Shown here: positions 18,842-29,091 of the stretch, piece after piece | Layout: each line of letters starts with the position of its first letter | Numbering within the stretch: the stretch's first letter is position 1 | Source: Bacteroidales bacterium | GTDB lineage: Bacteria > Bacteroidota > Bacteroidia > Bacteroidales > UBA10428 | NCBI GenBank assembly: GCA_016928305.1 | Contig: JAFGKY010000152.1 | Span: 266-64,265 of the forward strand | DNA: 64,000 nt | Reading direction: 5' to 3' | Position numbers and translations under genes: made by a program | The notes under the pieces: generated by a model | Told to the model about the DNA's origin: nothing | Seen by the model: only the letters and a program-made list of their open reading frames with translations | Databases searched by the model: none

Positions 18842-19357
18842 TTAATTTTTATATCCTAATTTTTGCAATACCTCATCGCTGATATCATACCTTGGATTTG
18901 TGTAAATAAGGGTCGGACCACTGGATGTATCGAAAATTGCCGCGTATCCGCTTTCGGTAGCCATATCCTTAATAGCTTTATAGATTTCATCCTGAATGGG
19001 TTGGATCAGTTCCTGCCGTTTTTTAAAGAGAGCCCCGTCTTGTCCGAAATAGCTTTTCTGTAACTCTTTGACTTCTTTTTCCTTATTGATAATAATTTCT
19101 TCCCTCTTTTTCCGCATATCTTCAGCCAGCAAAACCCTTTCAGCCTGATAATCCTTATACATATTTTCAATTTCGGCATATTTAGCCTCTATTTCTTTCT
19201 GCCAGTCCTGTGACACCTTATCCAGTTGATCCTTAGCCGCTTTATAGGCGGGTATGTTGTTCAAAATGTATTCGGTATCAACAAATGCATATTTCTGTGC
19301 CATCGTCATAAGGGTACCAATACATAAAATGGTGATTATCCATACTGTCTTTTTCAT
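18842..19357 (-). CDS. skp: OmpH/Skp-family periplasmic chaperone (second copy)
   Basis: The ATG at 19357 gives the signal peptide MKKTVWIITILCIGTLMTMAQ. The track start at 19420 adds 21 unlikely residues. Confidence 0.85.
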   Translation of the reverse strand: MKKTVWIITILCIGTLMTMAQKYAFVDTEYILNNIPAYKAAKDQLDKVSQDWQKEIEAKYAEIENMYKDYQAERVLLAEDMRKKREEIIINKEKEVKELQKSYFGQDGALFKKRQELIQPIQDEIYKAIKDMATESGYAAIFDTSSGPTLIYTNPRYDISDEVLQKLGYKN

Positions 19358-19450
19358 AATTCCTGGTTTTTTGAATGTTAATATATGATTTTGTCCGGAT
19401 ACCTTCAAATATAATACCAAAATACACTTTCAGGACGGTTATGCAAAAGA

Positions 19451-22126
19451 TTAAAAACTTTGTCCCATGATAAAATGGAATTCACTGCCATGGTGCAGAT
19501 CGCTTTCACCCGGTTGCTGGTCAAGGCCGTATCCCCAGTCAACACCAAGCATCCCAAACATAGGCAGGAATGCCCGCACTCCGACACCCACGGATCTTTT
19601 CATGACAAACGGATTAAATTCTTTAAAACTCTGCCAGCAGTTACCTCCGTCAAAAAAGACCATGCCGTATATGGTGGCTGATTGGTTCAGGGAAACGGGA
19701 TAGCGTAATTCAAGTGAGAATTTGGTATAGATATTTCCATTATCTATTCTATTGGATGTTTTGGGTGTGAGGGCTCCTTCCTCATAACCTCTCAGGGCAA
19801 TGATGTCGGCACCGTATAAGTTGTAACTGTACATACCGCTGCCACCGAGGCGGAATTTTTCAAACGGTGAAGTACCTATATTTGAATTAAAGAATCCCAG
19901 GTAGCCAAATTCAGCTTTCACGGCGAGTACCAGGTTTCCGATAAGACTTGTAAACCAGGCTCCGTTGAAAGTCCATTTATGGTATTCGATCCAGTTATAT
20001 TTTGCTGATTCTTCCTGTGCACTGATTGCAGCTTCTATGCCTGCGTTTGTGATCGCTGTATCTCCCTCCAGTATCTCCGTGCGAATAACGTTCTTTTCAG
20101 CATCAGAGAGCAACCAGAAATTATCCTGTTTAAAAAGCGAAAAAGGAGGTGTGATCTGAAGGCCCAGGGAAAAAACCGAGCCTTTTCTGGGGTATATCAT
20201 CTGATCCTGTGAACTGCGTGTAATGGTTGCCCTAAAGCTTAAAATATTGGAATAACCTGTACTGATAAAAAAATACGGCCAGTCATTCAGGTGGTAAAGC
20301 TGATAGCTCAGTTCGGTGGAAAGTATAAAATAATCATCAGGCCATTTCAGCCGTTTACCAAGTCCTATCGAGGCTCCGTATATTTTAAAAAAGTCGTCGG
20401 CTGTCTTTGCAGTCTGTGAAGTATAGTAGTTTTTTGTTATGGTATGGTAAAAGGAAACTGAGAAGTTGTTTGGTTTTTTACCTCCAAACCAGGGTTCCAT
20501 GAATGAGACATTGTATGCCTGATAATATTTCCCGTTTGATTGGGCCCGGATGGAAAGGGACTGTCCGTCTCCTGTAGGCACGGGGCGCCATTCGTCAAGA
20601 TTCAATATTTTGCGGATGGAAAAATTGGAAAAACGTATTCCCACCGTTCCGACAAATCCATATCCGCCCCAACCCCCGGATACTTCAAGCTGATCGTTGG
20701 CCCTTTCCTCGAGGTTATATTCAATATCAACAGTTCCGTCAGCCGGATTGGGAATGGGATTAGGACTGATATTTTCGGGATTGAAATGACCGAGCGTAGC
20801 CAGTTCTCTAACAGACCGGATGATGTCCGATTTACTGAATAATTCACCGGGTCGGGTACGAATTTCCCGTCGGACAACATGCTCATTGGTTTTTGTATTG
20901 CCTTTTATGATGACACGGTTAATAGTAGCCGGAGAACCTTCAGAGATCCTCATCTCCAGATTGATAGTTTTTATTTCCTGGGGAATGCTGTCTTTTGTAT
21001 GAAAAATAGAAAGATCGAAAAGGTTTTTAAACCAGTTATCCGATTTTGCAGCCATCATAATGGTATCACTGTCAATTTTAAGTTCTACCGGGTCAACCGA
21101 AAAGAATAAATAACCCTCATCCATATAAAGGGATGTGATGGCATCTTCATCTGAAAAAAGCCTTTCCTGTATCCTGTTCTGGTCATAGACATCGCCTTGT
21201 TTCATGCCCAGAATCCGGTCAAGAAATTCGGCCGGATATTTTGTGTTGCCTACCCATTGAATATTACCGACATAATATTTATCTCCTTCCATAAGTTTAA
21301 GCACCAGCGCTATTCTGTTATGGGAAGTAGGTATCAGCGATTCTTCAAGGATTTTCATATCGCGATATCCGTCTTCATTATAGAAATCAATCAGCTTGAT
21401 CTTATCCTCCTTGTAATCTTTTTCTGTGAATTTTGAGGGTTTGAAAAAATTCAGGTTCACCTGCTTGGTTTTTTTCATGACTCGTCTGAGCCGCTGATCT
21501 TTATATGCCTCATTTCCTTCAAATTCGATTTCGGATATTCTGACCTTATTTTTTTTATCCACATGGATATCCAGAAATACTTTATTGATAGCTCCGGTAT
21601 CGGCTTTCTGTATTACCGTAATGTTGCAATTCAAAAAACCTTTTTCGACATAATGTTTCCGGATGACTATTTTGGTGTTGTTGATAACATTATCGGTAAC
21701 CTGACTACCCGGTTTCAGTTTTATCAATTCTTCCAGGTCGGTGATCTCCGCTTTTTTAACACCATGTATGCGTGCTTTGGTTAGCCTTGCTTGTTCGGTA
21801 AGCTGTATTTCGAGGAATGCATTTTTACCTTCGGTTTTATTCAGCAGAATCTTAACATCGGAGAAAAGGCCGAAAGCCCAGAATTTGTCGATGGCCTTTA
21901 TAATGTCATCTCCCGGAATTAAGATTTCCTGGCCTATTGACAGGCCGGAAATATTCACAAGGTATGCAGGCTGAAGGTACTTAACACCGGAAATGCTTAT
22001 ATCAGCAATGATATATTCACGGGGATTATTGTAGTCAACAAAATCAATATCAGCGGGATCAGTGGTCTGGGAAAAGGATACAAGAAATGGGAAAAATGCA
22101 AATAATAAGGCCGCTTTTTTCATCAT
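19451..22126 (-). CDS. bamA: Outer membrane protein assembly factor BamA (Omp85 family)
   Basis: 891-aa ORF with a signal peptide, POTRA-repeat region and a C-terminal beta-barrel ending in aromatic ...MGQSF. It is in the conserved uppS-bamA-skp context. Confidence 0.92.
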   Translation of the reverse strand: MMKKAALLFAFFPFLVSFSQTTDPADIDFVDYNNPREYIIADISISGVKYLQPAYLVNISGLSIGQEILIPGDDIIKAIDKFWAFGLFSDVKILLNKTEGKNAFLEIQLTEQARLTKARIHGVKKAEITDLEELIKLKPGSQVTDNVINNTKIVIRKHYVEKGFLNCNITVIQKADTGAINKVFLDIHVDKKNKVRISEIEFEGNEAYKDQRLRRVMKKTKQVNLNFFKPSKFTEKDYKEDKIKLIDFYNEDGYRDMKILEESLIPTSHNRIALVLKLMEGDKYYVGNIQWVGNTKYPAEFLDRILGMKQGDVYDQNRIQERLFSDEDAITSLYMDEGYLFFSVDPVELKIDSDTIMMAAKSDNWFKNLFDLSIFHTKDSIPQEIKTINLEMRISEGSPATINRVIIKGNTKTNEHVVRREIRTRPGELFSKSDIIRSVRELATLGHFNPENISPNPIPNPADGTVDIEYNLEERANDQLEVSGGWGGYGFVGTVGIRFSNFSIRKILNLDEWRPVPTGDGQSLSIRAQSNGKYYQAYNVSFMEPWFGGKKPNNFSVSFYHTITKNYYTSQTAKTADDFFKIYGASIGLGKRLKWPDDYFILSTELSYQLYHLNDWPYFFISTGYSNILSFRATITRSSQDQMIYPRKGSVFSLGLQITPPFSLFKQDNFWLLSDAEKNVIRTEILEGDTAITNAGIEAAISAQEESAKYNWIEYHKWTFNGAWFTSLIGNLVLAVKAEFGYLGFFNSNIGTSPFEKFRLGGSGMYSYNLYGADIIALRGYEEGALTPKTSNRIDNGNIYTKFSLELRYPVSLNQSATIYGMVFFDGGNCWQSFKEFNPFVMKRSVGVGVRAFLPMFGMLGVDWGYGLDQQPGESDLHHGSEFHFIMGQSF

Positions 22127-22132
22127 CGGGAA

Positions 22133-22912
22133 TTAACTGTTAATTTTCATTGTTCTGTGCAATTGTCCTGTGGTCTTTCCAAATCTTCTTTCCCTGCGCT
22201 GATAATCAAGCAAGGCTTCATAAAGGTGTTCCCTTCTGAAGTCAGGCCAAAGTGTTTTGGTAAAAAAAAGTTCGGTGTAGGCGATCTGCCATAATAAAAA
22301 ATTACTCAACCGGTATTCTCCGCTGGTCCTGATCAGCAGTTCCGGTTCAGGCATCCCGGCTGTGCCAAGGTATTGTTCAAATATGTGAGCATCGATGTCG
22401 TCCGGGTGAATCTCACGTGCCAGAATGCGCTTTGCAATATCCTGAACGGCTTTGATAATTTCCCAGTGCGAGCTGTAGCTGAGGGCCAGCACAAGGTTAA
22501 GGCCATTATTCTGTCGTGTAATATCAATGGTTTGCAGCAGCTGGTGTTGCACGTTGGGGGGCAGGGCCTGTATATTTCCGATGGAATACAGTCGGACGTT
22601 ATTGTCAACAAGGGTTTTGGTTTCTGCATCAATGGTTGAAACCAGCAAGGACATCAGGGCATCGACTTCTGTCCTTGGCCGTTTCCAGTTTTCGGTAGAA
22701 AACGCATAGAGGGTAAGGTAGTGAATTCCAAGTTCAGCAGCTGCTTCAACAGTATCTCTGACAGCAGCTACAGCGTTGCGGTGCCCGAATATTCTTTTAT
22801 TGCCCCGTCGCATAGCCCACCGGCCGTTGCCATCCATAATTATGGCAACATGTTGTGGTAACCTCTCCCTGTCAATCCGGTCTTTAAGATTGATATGTGT
22901 GTTTCTAATCAT
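22133..22912 (-). CDS. uppS: Isoprenyl transferase (undecaprenyl-diphosphate synthase)
   Basis: 259-aa ORF with signature motifs HVAIIMDGNGRWA and LIRTSGEYRLSNFLLWQ. Confidence 0.92.
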   Translation of the reverse strand: MIRNTHINLKDRIDRERLPQHVAIIMDGNGRWAMRRGNKRIFGHRNAVAAVRDTVEAAAELGIHYLTLYAFSTENWKRPRTEVDALMSLLVSTIDAETKTLVDNNVRLYSIGNIQALPPNVQHQLLQTIDITRQNNGLNLVLALSYSSHWEIIKAVQDIAKRILAREIHPDDIDAHIFEQYLGTAGMPEPELLIRTSGEYRLSNFLLWQIAYTELFFTKTLWPDFRREHLYEALLDYQRRERRFGKTTGQLHRTMKINS

Positions 22913-23564
22913 ATGCGGGACAATCTATGGCAAAATTAATAAACTTATAGGTAATAAAAATCCCCAGGTATGAGTACCAGTCATTATTATGGATCAGCGA
23001 TTGATCACCGGTAGGATTTTCCTGTCCGTCAATGATATCGCTGAAGGCTTTTCTGAAACTCCATTCCAGTCCCGTACTTATTTTCTTTGTAAGATTAAGT
23101 TTAACACCAATGCCAAAGGGAAGCGTAAGATGGTGGGCTGTACCGGCATCGCTTGATAATGCCATGGAGAAACCGAGTCCGCAGCTGACATAAGGCGTAT
23201 AATTGAATTTGCCGACATTGGGAGTAAACGGAAGGAAATTGAACTCTCCCTGAAGATTCAGATCGAGCAGCGAAGTGCTGAATGTCACGGGTTCATATGG
23301 ACGGTCGGGATGCAGCAATTCCGGGAAATCCAAATCACTGCCGCTGACAGTGGTGTAATATGCATTTCCCCTGATGGCATAGCGTGTATTGATGTTGATC
23401 CGGTAAATTAAACCACCGGCAAAAGAAGGATTATAATAATGCATGGAAGGATTAATATCTCCCATATAGTATGAAATGCCACCGATGATGCCGAAATTGG
23501 CATTACGCTGAGCCATAGTGGGGATACTTATAAATACAAAGACCACAAAAAATAATTTACGCAT
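22905..23564 (-). CDS. Outer-membrane beta-barrel protein (DUF6089-like)
   Basis: The ATG at 23564 gives the signal peptide MRKLFFVVFVFISIPTMAQ. It has alternating beta-strand patterns and an aromatic C-terminal region. The position upstream of uppS is conserved. Confidence 0.65.
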   Translation of the reverse strand: MRKLFFVVFVFISIPTMAQRNANFGIIGGISYYMGDINPSMHYYNPSFAGGLIYRININTRYAIRGNAYYTTVSGSDLDFPELLHPDRPYEPVTFSTSLLDLNLQGEFNFLPFTPNVGKFNYTPYVSCGLGFSMALSSDAGTAHHLTLPFGIGVKLNLTKKISTGLEWSFRKAFSDIIDGQENPTGDQSLIHNNDWYSYLGIFITYKFINFAIDCPAYD

Positions 23565-23674
23565 TATTCTGTCTGTTATTGATGGTGACATTTAAACGCA
23601 AAATAACAGAATTTTAGCGCGCAAAATTAAAAAAAAAGATAAAAAATGTTAAAAGGGTGATGAGGATTATGCAT

Positions 23675-24454
23675 TTAAAATCGTGCCCTGCGCCATTGAC
23701 GGTCAAGGAACGTGGGAATGCCTCTTCTTGAAGTGGGTATGCGGTAGCTCAGATTCAGGGAGCTTATCCAGTAAACGTCCGAATTGTTGGACCAGGGTGT
23801 TTTAATGCCATCGAGGTAATCCGACAGGGTATGACGGTAGCCTAACTCCCATCCCAGCATCCAATGATCGCTGATGACGTATTTAATACCAAGACCTATT
23901 GGGAAGGAGGCAATGACTTTGGTTTCTGGTTTGTATACGTCGGAGCTCCTCGGTTCCAGCTCCAGATCCGCCCAGGCAATTGTAGCTCCTACACCGGCAA
24001 AAACATAAGCCCCGATGGCGGAATAGTTGTTGACCATCCCCCTGCGGTTAAACATAGCAGCTGATCTCATCTTTCGCTCTTCCTGCAGGAAATAAAACTC
24101 ATATTGTCCCGATACTTCAAATAAATTAACAACCGATACAAATTCCCTTTCCTCGAGCCGGGAACCGGTATAATCTTCATGCCTGCTGAAACCATAAATC
24201 AGGTTAAGTTTCAGCGCCATTTTCGGATCGATTTTGTAACGTAACGCAGCGTATATAGAAGGCCGGGTATTCCTGAAAGTAAAATCTCTGATAAAAAGAA
24301 GACTCGACGCGTTAGGTGCCCCGCCCAGATCGCCGTATACATTGGTTGTGCCTATACCCAGTGCCCCCTCATACCGCAAAAGTTTCCAGGGTTGAGAATA
24401 CGATGACAATCCCAGCGATAACACGATAACCGGCAGTAGTAAACGCTTAAGCAT
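23675..24454 (-). CDS. Outer-membrane beta-barrel protein (DUF6089-like paralogue)
   Basis: The ATG at 24454 gives MLKRLLLPVIVLSLGLSSYSQ. The longer track start at 24541 would overlap the upstream gene. Confidence 0.6.
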   Translation of the reverse strand: MLKRLLLPVIVLSLGLSSYSQPWKLLRYEGALGIGTTNVYGDLGGAPNASSLLFIRDFTFRNTRPSIYAALRYKIDPKMALKLNLIYGFSRHEDYTGSRLEEREFVSVVNLFEVSGQYEFYFLQEERKMRSAAMFNRRGMVNNYSAIGAYVFAGVGATIAWADLELEPRSSDVYKPETKVIASFPIGLGIKYVISDHWMLGWELGYRHTLSDYLDGIKTPWSNNSDVYWISSLNLSYRIPTSRRGIPTFLDRQWRRARF

Positions 24455-24521
24455 CAGATTTATTTCTATCTTAACAAAGATAGGAAAATATGTAATTATT
24501 TCTAATGGCTTTCGCAGAAAA

Positions 24522-25292
24522 TTACTTTTCTTCTTCAACAATGTCCTTGTCCACTAATATCCTGCCACAATATTCGCAAACGATGATCTTCTTGCGTGAA
24601 CGAATATCCAGCTGTCGCTGGGGTGGGATCTGGTTAAAGCAACCTCCGCACGCATCACGCTCAACCGATACAACGGCAAGCCCGTTCCGCGCATTTTTCC
24701 GTATTTTTTTATAGGCGGTAAGTAACCTTTCTTCGATCATCTTTTCGTATTCAATCCGTTCTGCTATCAGGACTTCCTCTTCCTTCTGTGTGTCGGATGT
24801 GATTTCTTCCAGTTCTCCTTTCTTTGATTCCAGGTCATTTGTACGTTCTTCCAGCGTTTTCTTTGATTCTTCAATTAATTCATTCTTTTCTTTTATCTGG
24901 GCAGCAAACTCTTTGATTCGCTTTTCGCAAAGTTCAATTTCAAGTGTTTGATATTCAATTTCTTTCGACAAAGAATCAAATTCCCTGTTGTTGCGGACAT
25001 TATTTTGTTGTTCTTTGTACTTTTTAATATGATCTTTGGCTGTTCCTATCTCGGTTTTCTTACTGGCTGCGGAGGTTTCAAGGCTCTTTACTTCCTCCTG
25101 AAGCTTCTCAATACGGGTTTGCAATCCGGCAATCTCGTCTTCCAGATCCTGAACTTCAAGAGGAAGTTCGCCCCTGAGGGTTCTTATTTTATCGATCTCG
25201 GAATTGATTTTTTGAAGTTTATATAAAGTCCTGAGCTTTTCTTCAACAGAAAGCTCCACTACCTCAATAGCTGTTTTTTTTGCTGCTGCCAT
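24522..25292 (-). CDS. Coiled-coil protein with C-terminal C4 zinc ribbon (COG1579-type)
   Basis: 256-aa ORF with a long E/K-rich coiled coil and a C-terminal CGGC...CEYCGRIL motif. Pairing with Nif3 is typical. Confidence 0.75.
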   Translation of the reverse strand: MAAAKKTAIEVVELSVEEKLRTLYKLQKINSEIDKIRTLRGELPLEVQDLEDEIAGLQTRIEKLQEEVKSLETSAASKKTEIGTAKDHIKKYKEQQNNVRNNREFDSLSKEIEYQTLEIELCEKRIKEFAAQIKEKNELIEESKKTLEERTNDLESKKGELEEITSDTQKEEEVLIAERIEYEKMIEERLLTAYKKIRKNARNGLAVVSVERDACGGCFNQIPPQRQLDIRSRKKIIVCEYCGRILVDKDIVEEEK

Positions 25293-25293
25293 G

Positions 25294-26388
25294 TTAAAAG
25301 TACTTTATCGGATTTGTGATTGTTTTTGAAAACCGGATGGCAAAGGTAGGGAATTTTTTTATAAGTAGTTCATAAAATATTTCTTTCGTGTATTGTTCGG
25401 TCTCAAAATGGCCGGCATCAATTAACAGGATTCTGGATGCTGAATCCAGAAACTGATGGTATTTAATATCACCGGTTATAAAAGCATCTGCACCTGCTGC
25501 GATGGCCTTCGGGATCAGGAAGGACCCGCTTCCCCCGCAACAGGCTATGGTTTTTACGTTACCTGCAGCGATTCCGGAATACCGGATGACGGAACACGCA
25601 AGATTCTTTTTAATATGGCCAAGGAAATCTGGTATTTTCATTGGTGAATCCAGGTCCCCGATCATTCCTGCTCCCAGCATTGGAAATTCATTTTCAAGTC
25701 TGTATATGTCATAGGCAGCCTCTTCGTATGGGTGTGATGCCAGCAATGAAGCAATAACAGATGATTGGATGGCCTTCGGGAAGATTGTTTCAATACGTAC
25801 TTCTTTTTCAAAATGCAGGTTGCCTGTTTCACCGACAAATGGAGTGGTTTCTTCTGAACCCCTGAAACTGCCCATGCCTTCGAGATTATAACTGCACTGA
25901 TCATAATTTCCGATATGACCTGCTCCGGCATTGAAAAGGGCTGTTCTAACCCTGTCGGCATGATCCAGTGGTACAAAGGTCACCAGTTTTCGCAATTCAC
26001 CCGAAACCGGGGCAAGGATATGTGGATTCAGGATACCCAGCTTTTCAGCCAGCTTCCGGTTTACACCGGCATATACGTTATCCAGGTTGGTATGAGCACA
26101 ATAGAGTGCAATATTGTGACGGATGGCTTTGATGAGAACCATTTCTGCATTGGTTTTTCCGGTAATACTTTTTAAGGGTGTAAAAATTAATGGATGATGG
26201 GAAATGATCAGGTCGGCTTTTTCGGCAATGGCTTCATGAAGCACTTCATCGGTTATGTCCAGTGTAAGTATAGCCGACCGGATCTCATCATCCGGATTTC
26301 CCGAAACCAATCCGGTATTATCATATTGCTCCTGATAAGCAGGTGGCGCAAATTCCTCAATGGCTGACACGATAACCGATAGTTTCAT
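25294..26388 (-). CDS. Nif3-like dinuclear metal centre protein
   Basis: 364-aa ORF with motifs ISHHPLIF, AHTNLD and FITGDIKYH. It carries an inserted PII-like domain (long form). Confidence 0.85.
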   Translation of the reverse strand: MKLSVIVSAIEEFAPPAYQEQYDNTGLVSGNPDDEIRSAILTLDITDEVLHEAIAEKADLIISHHPLIFTPLKSITGKTNAEMVLIKAIRHNIALYCAHTNLDNVYAGVNRKLAEKLGILNPHILAPVSGELRKLVTFVPLDHADRVRTALFNAGAGHIGNYDQCSYNLEGMGSFRGSEETTPFVGETGNLHFEKEVRIETIFPKAIQSSVIASLLASHPYEEAAYDIYRLENEFPMLGAGMIGDLDSPMKIPDFLGHIKKNLACSVIRYSGIAAGNVKTIACCGGSGSFLIPKAIAAGADAFITGDIKYHQFLDSASRILLIDAGHFETEQYTKEIFYELLIKKFPTFAIRFSKTITNPIKYF

Positions 26389-26451
26389 GCAATGAATGAT
26401 TTTATTGCCGGAGAGAAATGGGTTAACGACTTGCCAACGCCATTCAAACCA

Positions 26452-26787
26452 TTAAAGTGATTCTTTTATTTCCAACAGCACATTTTTAATCTCGGTCAAA
26501 GTCTTGATCACTTCAAAATTATTTGTGGTATCGTCACGGTTTTCCCTGAGTTTTTTCTTGGTCCCGGCCAATGTCAACCCTTTTTCTTTAACAAGGTGGA
26601 AAATGAGGTTAAAATTCTCAATGTCCTGTTTTGTGAAAAACCGGTTACCTTTTTTATTCTTCTTGGGTTTAATGATATCGAATTCTTTTTCCCAGAAGCG
26701 GATCAATGAAGTATTGACATTGAACATTCTGGCAACTTCGCCGATGGAATAATAAAGCTTTTCCACCTTTTTTTCTTTGTAGGGCAT
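26452..26787 (-). CDS. MerR-family transcriptional regulator
   Basis: 111-aa ORF with N-terminal HTH YYSIGEVARMFNVNTSLIRFWEKEF. Confidence 0.8.
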   Translation of the reverse strand: MPYKEKKVEKLYYSIGEVARMFNVNTSLIRFWEKEFDIIKPKKNKKGNRFFTKQDIENFNLIFHLVKEKGLTLAGTKKKLRENRDDTTNNFEVIKTLTEIKNVLLEIKESL

Positions 26788-26999
26788 GTGTGAAAGATCT
26801 TAATTAAAAATCTAATTTAATAAATAAATTATAATATACCAATAATTTATGGTTATTTACCTAAACAATAAAAATAAGCATTGCTGGCGGATTAAACAAT
26901 TTCCTTCCCCGAATAATCAGGGAAACGAAAACATGATGTTTAAGAAAGGAACAGGGAATATTAAACCTTCAGATTCCAGTATAGGTTTCGGTTGTTATG

Positions 27000-27971
27000 T
27001 CAATCGAATGTCTGACCCATGCTCATGGATATCTCTATCATCCGGTCAAATTCTTCTGCTGTGAGGTCGTTGAAGAAATAATTGATAGGATTAACCTTAT
27101 TTCCGTTCCGGATCACTTCATAATGCAAATGCGGGGAAGTAGACATACCCGTATTGCCCACAAAAGCAATAACATCTCCGCGTTTTACTTTTTGACCCTG
27201 TTTGGCAGCAAATCCGTTCAGATGTGCATAAAGGGTTTTCATACCGTATCCGTGGTCGATAATCACACAGTTACCATACCCTCGTTGCGACGATTCGATT
27301 TTTTCGATGGTGCCGTCGCCGGTGGCATAAACTTCAGTTCCTGTGGGAGCTGTAAAATCAATACCATAATGGAATTTTCTGATCTTGTATATAGGGTGAA
27401 TTCTGAATCCCCAGCCCGAAGCTGTACGTTTCAGGTCTTTGTTGGCAATGGGTTGAATGGCAGGTACAGACGCCAGCATTTTCTCTTTATTCATCGCCAT
27501 TTTGATCAGTTCATCGTAGGATTTTGACTGAATGACGATCTTGCGTGTAATCTTATCCAGTCTTTTGGCAGTTTGCAGCACAAGTGTCGGATCAGCCATT
27601 TTTTGCAGTTCATCATACCGGTCAGTACCACCTGTTCCGGCTTCACGGATTGATGCATTAAGTGGTTCTGCTTCAAAAATTGTACGGTATAAATTGTCAT
27701 CACGTTGCTGCATATCCTGCAACGTCATTGAGATCTTATCAAGTTGCTTGTTGAAAAGCTCAAGGTTCACCATGAGTTCGCTGTTCTGTCTTTTTAATCC
27801 CTTAACTTCAGGTGAATCAAATAATAAGGAATAAACCACAACGCCAATGACACTGATTGCAATAAATACAAGGGAATATCCAATTACTTTAAGAATCTTT
27901 TGCCGGAAGGTTGTCTCAATCCTCGAATAAATCAGGGATTCAGGATTGAATTTGTATTTTGCCTTTGCCAT
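27000..27971 (-). CDS. Membrane-anchored M23 family metallopeptidase
   Basis: 323-aa ORF with an N-terminal TM helix and a coiled coil. M23 motifs are HYGIDFTAPTGT and GNTGMSTSPHLHYEV. Confidence 0.85.
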   Translation of the reverse strand: MAKAKYKFNPESLIYSRIETTFRQKILKVIGYSLVFIAISVIGVVVYSLLFDSPEVKGLKRQNSELMVNLELFNKQLDKISMTLQDMQQRDDNLYRTIFEAEPLNASIREAGTGGTDRYDELQKMADPTLVLQTAKRLDKITRKIVIQSKSYDELIKMAMNKEKMLASVPAIQPIANKDLKRTASGWGFRIHPIYKIRKFHYGIDFTAPTGTEVYATGDGTIEKIESSQRGYGNCVIIDHGYGMKTLYAHLNGFAAKQGQKVKRGDVIAFVGNTGMSTSPHLHYEVIRNGNKVNPINYFFNDLTAEEFDRMIEISMSMGQTFD

Positions 27972-28003
27972 AGCTGAGAGATTTTAATTAACAATCGGTT
28001 TAA

Positions 28004-28954
28004 TCAGTTGGTTTTGTTTGTCAACAAATGAAATTCGTTATCAGTTAGATCATTGGAATAATAAAAAGCCGGATTTACCGGTTTTCCTTCATACCGTACT
28101 TCGTAATGCAGATGAGGTCCCGTTGACCTGCCGGAATTGCCTACCAAACCAATCAACTGACCTCTTTTGACGGAATCATTTTCAGAAACAAAGAACTTTT
28201 CCAAATGTGCATATCGGGTACTATACCCAAATGAATGATTGATAACTAACTCATTCCCATATCCTGTACGTGAATATTTTAATAAAGTTACAATTCCGTC
28301 ACCGGTTGCGTATATTTTTGTCCCGACAGGGGCCGTAAAATCCAGCCCGTAATGATCAGCTTCATCCTGGATGAATGGATCAATACGTTTTCCAAAATAC
28401 GAACTGATCAGGATGAGGTCTTTTTGTGCAATGGGTTGAATGGCAGGGATTGCTGTGTGTCTTTTCTCTGTTTTAATTGCTGTCTCTTCAAGGATATCAA
28501 ATGAATTCATCTGAATATCGATTTGACCATTTAACTGACTGATCTTTCTTTTCAGATTGAGGGTTATGGTTTTACCCGGTAAAAATGCTTCAACCTGTCC
28601 TGATCCGCCCGAACCTGCCGTACGCATTGTTACAGGAAGTGTATCAATTTCCAGGATGGTCCGATATAAATTGTCACGTGAGAAATAATAACCTGCCAAT
28701 ATTGAACCAACACTGTCACATGCTTTGGCAAGTCGGTTCATTTCTGATTCAAGAAAGGTGATTTTCTTCACCAAAACATATTTTTCCGGAGCAAAGGCAT
28801 AATGATAAAGAATATATCCGGTTGTGCCGCAAAGAAAAACACCAAGTATGCAAAACAATATGAAACGCCTTGCACTTTTCTTCCCGGTTAACTTAATTTC
28901 CTCAAATACCAGTGTGTGTTCGTTATAGTGATATTTTTTCTGCCTCGTAATCAA
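28004..28954 (-). CDS. Membrane-anchored M23 family metallopeptidase (tandem paralogue)
   Basis: 316-aa ORF with a TTG start. M23 motifs are HYGLDFTAPVGT and GNSGRSTGPHLHYEV. Confidence 0.85.
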   Translation of the reverse strand: MITRQKKYHYNEHTLVFEEIKLTGKKSARRFILFCILGVFLCGTTGYILYHYAFAPEKYVLVKKITFLESEMNRLAKACDSVGSILAGYYFSRDNLYRTILEIDTLPVTMRTAGSGGSGQVEAFLPGKTITLNLKRKISQLNGQIDIQMNSFDILEETAIKTEKRHTAIPAIQPIAQKDLILISSYFGKRIDPFIQDEADHYGLDFTAPVGTKIYATGDGIVTLLKYSRTGYGNELVINHSFGYSTRYAHLEKFFVSENDSVKRGQLIGLVGNSGRSTGPHLHYEVRYEGKPVNPAFYYSNDLTDNEFHLLTNKTN

Positions 28955-29016
28955 TGAATAGCAAAAGGTTAATAATTAAAAACTTAGGTGAATCAACAAA
29001 TCTATAAGAAAAAATT

Positions 29017-29024
29017 TAATTTTG
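29017..29024 (+). promoter_or_regulatory. Bacteroidota -7 box TAATTTTG upstream of alaS
   Basis: Exact TAnnTTTG match, 68 nt upstream of the ATG at 29092. Confidence 0.4.
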
Positions 29025-29091
29025 CAAAGCTTTTATGACCAGATATTATCCGACAGAGCAATTATTTAATAAATTTTCCAACAATACATAC

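Noticed and set aside
26997-27527. Long antisense ORFs opposite well-supported genes. Examples are 26997-27527(+), 34561-35094(-), 16941-17411(+), 42508-42933(-), 1211-1573(+), 39878-40291(+) and 13855-14214(+).
   Set aside because: Each lies entirely inside a CDS with clear family motifs on the other strand. Their translations are low-complexity, Cys/Phe/Ser-rich and without motifs. They are typical shadow ORFs.
29035-29091. N-terminal extensions proposed by the ORF track. The affected starts are 29035 alaS, 9364, 19420, 24541, 23591, 49486, 53752, 53012, 59189, 58968, 57385 and 40732.
   Set aside because: Internal ATGs give canonical signal peptides or family-typical N-termini. Several extensions would overlap promoter boxes, terminators or neighbouring genes.
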